Shown piece after piece: positions 57,602 to 64,000 of a stretch of 64,000 nucleotides of DNA (position 1 is its first letter; every line of letters starts with the position of its first letter). The DNA is from a virus. Its lineage: Duplodnaviria > Caudoviricetes. The notes beneath the pieces are model-generated. The model was not told the origin of the DNA. It made no database searches and saw only the letters and a program-made list of their open reading frames with translations. Both the position numbers and the translations under genes were made by a program. The stretch covers positions 75,973 through 139,972 of the IMG/VR virus record IMGVR_UViG_3300029305_001452; one strand, 5' to 3'.

Positions 57602-59008
57602 CAATCTGTTACTTTCGGCAACAAAGCCTACTGACCATATTAAATATGGCGGCTAGTCATTTCTGGCTAACTCTCACGTTTCATATTATTGGATCATAGC
57701 GTGAGTTCTGACTGTATATTACATCTACGAGAGATGGACAACTTCAGCAATATTGTTACCAATATCACCCTGCAGTCGATAGGGATTCTGTGTTATAAAA
57801 AATGGATAAATAATGTTATTATTTAATACAAGATTGTTGTTTTTAATATGATAATTAAAACTGTGATAATTATATAGCCCACCATTATTACATATATATG
57901 AGTCAATTAACGCCCAACATAAGTCAATATTATTTATTATATCAGACTCCCATAAATATAATATTTCACAATTATAATATTTTTTTATATATGTATGCTT
58001 TGCTTTATCACGAATTATGTCCTTTTTTTGTATGTCGGACAAATTATCATATAAATATTTTAACGGAGACGCATGCCAATAATCACCCATAATTTCTATC
58101 ATTAAATTATAATTCGTAAGATAAATATCAATTGAATAATATTTGCACGGATATTCATTTTCATGGGTTATATGATGATTATTTAAAAGATTACTGATAA
58201 TTTCGTGAGGTTTAGTAAATGTATGTGTAATTTCTCCATTTTTAATTCTATTAATCATTCTTTCTCTGACTGTTTCTCTTTGTTCTTCAGAAAATCGATG
58301 ATTATACATAGGATGCATATCTTTAACATAATGTTTGCTACGATATTGATAATAACATTCTTGTGAACAAAAATTATTATTTTCCCCAAAGGAATTCGTT
58401 TTATTAAAATCAAATGGAATAACAGATATTTCTTTTCCGCAATTATTGCAGGTAGTACTAATACGTTTATAAAATTTACTATTTTCTCCAGAAAAATTTT
58501 CTACTTTATATTTATCCCTACACGATATACTGCAATATACTCTGTCTTTAAAATAATGCTTTAATGGCCTAACTATTTTTTCTCCACAACTAAAACATTG
58601 CAACTCAACTCTATTTTTTGCAGTACCCTTAATTGGCATATCAAATTCTAATAAATTTACCAAGTCAAACAAGGTTTTATTTGGTAAAAGCTGAAGAAGA
58701 TCATTTACTACATCATAATTACTATATAATATATTATAAATAACAATATCTAGCTCATCTTCGCACCAAAGTCCACATGATATAACTTTTAAAATTTTAT
58801 CTTTATTTCTCTTTTTATAACTACATACTTTACATTCTCCACGATAGGATTCTTCTCTTTTACCACAAATTCTACACAACATTATAATACACCTCCTTTT
58901 ATATATTCTTATAACACAGTCTTTCCACGGTCTCTTGTGTCCCCACACTTTGACCGTTATAGTTGTCTACTTAGTTGTATGTCACCACACAACTTGGGCA
59001 ATTATTTT
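57602..59008 (-). mobile_element. Group I intron 2 in the TMP gene
   Basis: P1 GGGT/GCCC with U.G pair; P7 GACTG/CAGTC; terminal G; splicing restores EVG|NNY. Confidence 0.9.
57725..58882 (-). CDS. Intron-encoded endonuclease (Zn fingers plus Vsr/DUF559-like nuclease)
   Basis: GGAGGTG RBS before ATG 58882; CxxC repeats; IDIYL...IEIMGDYWH. Confidence 0.82.
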   Translation of the reverse strand: MLCRICGKREESYRGECKVCSYKKRNKDKILKVISCGLWCEDELDIVIYNILYSNYDVVNDLLQLLPNKTLFDLVNLLEFDMPIKGTAKNRVELQCFSCGEKIVRPLKHYFKDRVYCSISCRDKYKVENFSGENSKFYKRISTTCNNCGKEISVIPFDFNKTNSFGENNNFCSQECYYQYRSKHYVKDMHPMYNHRFSEEQRETVRERMINRIKNGEITHTFTKPHEIISNLLNNHHITHENEYPCKYYSIDIYLTNYNLMIEIMGDYWHASPLKYLYDNLSDIQKKDIIRDKAKHTYIKKYYNCEILYLWESDIINNIDLCWALIDSYICNNGGLYNYHSFNYHIKNNNLVLNNNIIYPFFITQNPYRLQGDIGNNIAEVVHLS

Positions 59009-59195
59009 ACCCACTTCGTTATATTTATCGATAATTTCCATACTGAAAGTACCGACATCTTGTCCTTCTTTTTTGAATGCTTGTAAGGACGAAATTAATG
59101 TATCTGTAGCTTTACTAACATCATCAAACTCAGATACGTTCATTAAAATTGAAGTATTTTTGGCAAGCTCTCCGGCTTGTTCCATGGTGTATCCA
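59009..59195 (-). CDS. Tape measure protein, exon 2 (187 nt)
   Basis: GYTMEQAGELAKNTSILMNV...IIDKYNEVG is in frame with both neighbours after splicing. Confidence 0.88.
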
Positions 59196-60235
59196 CATTT
59201 TGTTACTCTTTCTTTTAGAGAAAGGGATAGGTCATTTCTGCCTATCTCTGCAATTTCATTATTAGATTATATTTGCAGATCAGATCATACCTTCATCTCG
59301 TTTAGAGATGCCCACCATACGCCTAATTGTTACCAATCAAGCTGTGATCGTTACGGGACTTAAAATATTTAATATTTCATTTTCAATATCTTTTTTTGAA
59401 AGTGTATATGGCAAACGTAGTAGTGTTATATTATGATTTTTACAATATTCATTTTTAATCTTATCATTTTCTTGATTAATAATAAATTTCTCATATCCTC
59501 CCCACATTTCTATGGGATAGAAGTGATGTTCACCATCATACTCTATACAAACATTATAATCCGATAGATAAAAATCAAATGGAAGCATATCAGATTGCCT
59601 TTGATTTCTGCAATCATTAAAACGTTTTTGTGGTTGAAAATTAATATTTAAAGAGGTTAAAAAATCGTTGATAAACATTTCCCGCTTACTTTGATGTCTA
59701 CAACCACAGGATAATGTGTGTCCTCGTGTTAGTTGTCCTGTTGCTACCTCTGTAAAATTACCACAATCACATTTACATAACCAGATAACTGATCCATTAG
59801 AGGCTCTTTTATTTGTTGGTTTAATTGCTGTCAACAATCCAAATCTCATGCCAGATATATCTGTTGGTTTTCCGGTCTTTCCGGCACCTTTCATGCTTTT
59901 TGTTGCTCCAGATTGCAATGCGTCTGCTCGCACAATAACTTCGTCTCCGTCTTGTGAACAACATCTACAATATGTTCTTGGTTTACCACTACTTAATCGA
60001 TATTTATATAACATCTCTATCACAGTCAACTCTCCATAAACATTTCCAGTTAAATCTAATCTTTTTGCCATAACTAATCACCTCCTATAAATAAAATAAA
60101 ACTTCATTATAAAACAAAGCTTTTAAAAGAAATATTAAAATTTTACATTACCCACGGAGTTGCCCTTCTCAGGATTTTCTCCGTTTTGAGATGGGAGTTT
60201 ACCTATATGTCACCATATAGGGGGCCTAAACATTA
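59196..60235 (-). mobile_element. Group I intron 1 in the TMP gene
   Basis: P1 GGCT|TAA/TTAGGCC with U.G pair; P7 GATCA/TGATC; terminal G; splicing restores WARL-GY. Confidence 0.9.
59337..60071 (-). CDS. Intron-encoded endonuclease (repeated DLTG..FG.LT domains plus Vsr-like nuclease)
   Basis: WLCKCDCG, SCGC, LPFDFYL...IEYDGEHH. Confidence 0.85.
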   Translation of the reverse strand: MAKRLDLTGNVYGELTVIEMLYKYRLSSGKPRTYCRCCSQDGDEVIVRADALQSGATKSMKGAGKTGKPTDISGMRFGLLTAIKPTNKRASNGSVIWLCKCDCGNFTEVATGQLTRGHTLSCGCRHQSKREMFINDFLTSLNINFQPQKRFNDCRNQRQSDMLPFDFYLSDYNVCIEYDGEHHFYPIEMWGGYEKFIINQENDKIKNEYCKNHNITLLRLPYTLSKKDIENEILNILSPVTITA

Positions 60236-63200
60236 AGCCTTGCCCAGTCAGCTGCTGAGCTCGTTAAGTCCTTAATTGTAGCACCGATAACGGCACCAGT
60301 CTTAGACATATCTTGCAAGAAGTTTTTATAGCTTGCATCAGTTTCATCTGTAACTTTCTTCAACTCGGTAAGAGCGCTATCAATATCTCTCACATGTTGG
60401 AAGCCTTCACGTATATATCTAAAGAAATCTTGGATACTTGTAATACTTGCAATATACTGAACGATAGACGCAAACTTGCCCTTTAGACCAGACCAGAATC
60501 TATCCCATCCAGTCGAAACAGTTTTTAAAGCGCCTTCCTGAATTGTAATCTCTTTAGTTAACGGATTCAGTGAAGCCGTCATTTCTTGCACTTCACGTTT
60601 TCCAGTACGCAAACTATAAGCTAATTTATAAGAAACTACTTCACCATATTTATTGGTAACAGTTTCTAAATCACCAAATTGTTCTATTGTATTACCGCTT
60701 TGTGACAACATATCCTGCATAGATTGCTTGATGTCACTAGCAGAAGAACTCATCAAATCTCCATCGAAGAACTCGAAGTGTTCACCAACATTATTTCTAG
60801 ATATAGCATCTAATAGCAGTGTAACTTCTTTACGGAAGTTTTGAGTTCTAAGTGTTAATTCACTTAATCTTTGTTGTACAGATGGATCAAATAAATCCTC
60901 AGAAGATAAACTATTCTTATATTGCTGTAGTTCCGCCAAGCTAGTTAAGTACTTAGTAATAGCAGCATTTGAAGAACCAACGCTACCATCAGCACCAACA
61001 GATATTGCACCACTTTCATGTAGACGAGACATCATATTGTCAACGGTCTGTAGTTCTTTAACGGCAGCCTTAGCACCAATGGCTAGGTTTTGTAAATTAG
61101 ACTTCTCTGTAATATTCTTACCGTTCGCACTAATACTAATAGTAATTATTTCTTGCTCTTTCAATAGAGCATTTAACCTAGCCTGTGCATCAATACACTC
61201 TTGTGTATTTGCTTCGCCATTAGCTATATACTGATTAATACTAGCCTGTAAGTCTTTAGCTTCTTGAAGATCTCTATTCTTTGGTAAAGATATATCAGCA
61301 GAATAGCCCATCATGTTTTGTCTAACCTTATCTGGGTTAACATTGATATTTGGATATTTAGCACCAACATATTTGGCTATCATATTATAAGCTTCAGAGC
61401 TAGTTATACTCTTAATATCTTCGGCTTTCTTTTCAGTAGACTTTCTATCACTAGACTTCTTTTCGCTAGAAGTAGTCTTAATACCCTTAGATAATAGAGC
61501 TGCAATACTGCTTAAAGTTTCTTCGGTAGCAATTCTACTTAAGATACCTAAGATGCCACCTTGTGTATTTCCACTCTCAGGAGGTGTTATACCACTAGAA
61601 CTTGGCTGTGTTTTGTTTGTAACTTTTGCCTTTTTCTTGGTTTCTGTCGTCTTTTGTTCGGCATTAGCACGCTCTTGTACGGCAGTCGTTGTCTTTTCTT
61701 CTTTTTGAGCCGCCTCAGTAGCTAGTTGATTTTGTTCTTTCTTTTCTTGTGTAATTTTTTGTTCTGCAGCTGCTCTCTCCTCAGCTTGTTGTTTTGTCGT
61801 TCCATCAAAATAAACAGATGCACTTGAAAGAACTTTATCACCCTTCATAATTTGTGGCTCAGCAATAGCACTAATAGTTCTGCCAATCTTTTTCTTTTTG
61901 TCTTTCTTGTTTGCATTTTTAAATAAATCCTTATTGGCCTCATCTAATACTGTTCCAACAAGTTCATCACTCTTTACGGTTACATCATACTTATCAAGCA
62001 CAGCTTTGGCTTCTTGAATAGCATCATTAATAACCTTTCTAGTGTTTTCATCTAGCTTTTCAAATACAGCATGATTAACGGTCTGTTGTAGCCTGTAGTA
62101 TCCCTCAGCAATAGATTTTAAATCTTTATCTGATAGTTCTTCTTTACCTTTATTTAAAACACCATAAACCTGGTCAATACCAGTACTTGCACGATAAGCA
62201 CCTGAGACTCGCTTACCATCCTCTGTCTTTAGTTTAGACAGATAATCTTTAGCTTCAGTAATTGCTTTAGATTGTTGATCCTTGGCAGAAAGCCTAGAAG
62301 AATTAGCTCCTAATACAGAAGAAATCTGTCCACGAAGATTATTTAAGAAATCAATGGTTTCTTGGTCTAAGTGTTGAATAATTTCTTCCTTAAATGCATT
62401 CTCTAACTGACTATAAGCTTTTGTAAGTTTAGTTAAGTCGCCATCTGTTAAAGCATCTTTTGTTAGTCTGTCACCAACATTATAAAGAGCCTGGTCAATT
62501 TTACTTGCACCCTTAATAGGATAAACAGGCTTGCCAGTTTCGGCATTTTTACCCTTAAACTTTTCTTGGAATGCTGTTTGCTGTGCTTTGATGTCTTCTT
62601 TGGTAAATGCATTAGAAGCCTCAACAGCAGCCTGTGCACCAGCATCAACGACACTTTCAGCAACCTTTGTAGTAGCTTGTTGAATCTTAGGAGCCCAGTT
62701 TCCCACACTTTCTGGAGTTAACTTAAATACAGCATCACCATAACCAAATTCAGTAAATGCCTGAGAAATGGCGTCAAACATTTTCTGACTAGCTTGATTT
62801 AATAACTCCTTATTATCAACTACATCTTTTAAAATACCAAGCTTGCCTGCGTCATCAAACGCAAAGAAGTCTGGATTGTTTTGCACCAACTCATGATACA
62901 ATTCAATACATCTATTACGAATTGTATTTGCAATACCTTGATTTATACCACTAAAGTCAATGGCAACACCAGCATCCGATCCTTGACCAACTGTACCAAG
63001 AAGTTTAATTGCATCATTAGTAATAAATTGACCAAGACTATATGCACGATCCATAAATGTGCTTAAGTCTGCTTCGGACGGAGCCCAGTCTCCATTTTGG
63101 TGACTATGGAAATCCATGGCAACCCTAGATTTTCTAGAAGCTTCATTTAGAGCATTCATCCATGTTGTCATAGGAATACGGTTGTTTTCGCCATCAACTA

Positions 63201-64000
63201 TACTTAGTAATCTACCAAGATTATCAGCAAATACTTGCATTTCAACATTATTTTCTGTTTGACGAGATAGTTGTGTGAGAATGCCTCTCATATTTTTAAT
63301 AAATGCTTCACCCTCAACAACATCAGAAGAACGAGAAACGTCTTTATTCTCGTTGCCTCCCCAACCACCTTCAGGTGGACCACCATTTAGTAGTGCATAG
63401 ATACCACGTAAGGTAGATTCCTGAGCTAAATGAGATGTATCAATGGCACCAAGTAAGCCAATTCCTTGTCCTCCAGATTTACCAGCACCTGGTGTAACGG
63501 CATTACTTTCTTGTCTAGTTTCTTCTGTTAGTGCCTGACTTGCAGCGGTTTGCTGTCTAGCTGCATTAAGCATCTCTTGAGTGATGCCGTAGCGTTCCAT
63601 ATAATTTTTCTTTTGCTTCTCAAGCTCTGCTTTATGTTCTGCTTCTGTCTTAGACTGCTCACCCTTATATTCACTAGCAGTAGCATGCTTTTCAGCCATT
63701 AATTCTGCATCACTTTTACCAATTACAGATTGAATAATTTTCTTAATTTTTTCTCTAGCATTATTCTCTACGGTAGCTATCATGGCACTGACTTCTTCAT
63801 CAGAAACAACGCCAGACGTGTCAATAGATGCCATAGCTTGTTTTGCCTGCTCTGCAGCACTTCTATACATTTCGTCAACAATATTTTTAATAGCAGTCTT
63901 AAGTTCATCCATAGAATTAACATGAATTCCCTTATCCGCCATATCTTCGTTGAACATACGAATAGACTTTGCCTCAGATTCTTCTGTTTCCTGCCTGGAT
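60236..64000 (-). CDS. Tape measure protein, exon 1 (5' end beyond the window) with a JAB/MPN-like motif
   Basis: Frame open to the window edge; ends DSALTELKKVTD...AADWAR; contains ENNVE...FHSH...PSEAD. Confidence 0.85.

Noticed and set aside
57602-60235. Stop-codon recoding or frameshifting as the cause of the split TMP
   Set aside because: Group I intron boundaries explain the breaks exactly, and other long genes are intact in the standard code.
44694-63066. + strand ORFs inside the tail module
   Set aside because: Antisense shadows of long - strand genes.

Overview
A segment of a large, AT-rich, probably temperate tailed (siphovirus-like) phage of a Gram-positive (Bacillota/Clostridia-like) host. 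Positions 1-43.9 kb are transcribed on the + strand from many sigmaA-type promoters. They hold small accessory genes, a 5.4-kb array of about 15 tRNAs mixed with tRNA-like and structured non-coding RNAs, three C5-methyltransferase-like genes with MetK and a cysteine desulfurase, and a radical-SAM locus. An RNA-repair cluster, a six-gene NAD salvage operon, a DNA ligase, dNTP enzymes and a large serine recombinase follow. Positions 43.9-64 kb are the - strand tail module. Its giant tape-measure gene (>3700 aa, 5' end outside the window) is split by two group I introns with homing endonucleases. The best candidates for undescribed biology are: (i) three tandem proteins sharing only an N-terminal 'QIRxxVFETNSSS[TM]HS' leader, placed directly before a radical SAM enzyme; (ii) a coiled-coil protein gene followed by a ~418-nt structured RNA with a tRNA-like CCA end and seven tandem heptamers; (iii) two paralogous 15-codon micro-ORF/RNA motifs in the tRNA array; (iv) a group I intron in tRNA-Arg(UCU); (v) non-canonical tRNAs; (vi) an oriented 11-bp operator repeated 14 times. 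All calls were made by eye from motifs; no database search was run.
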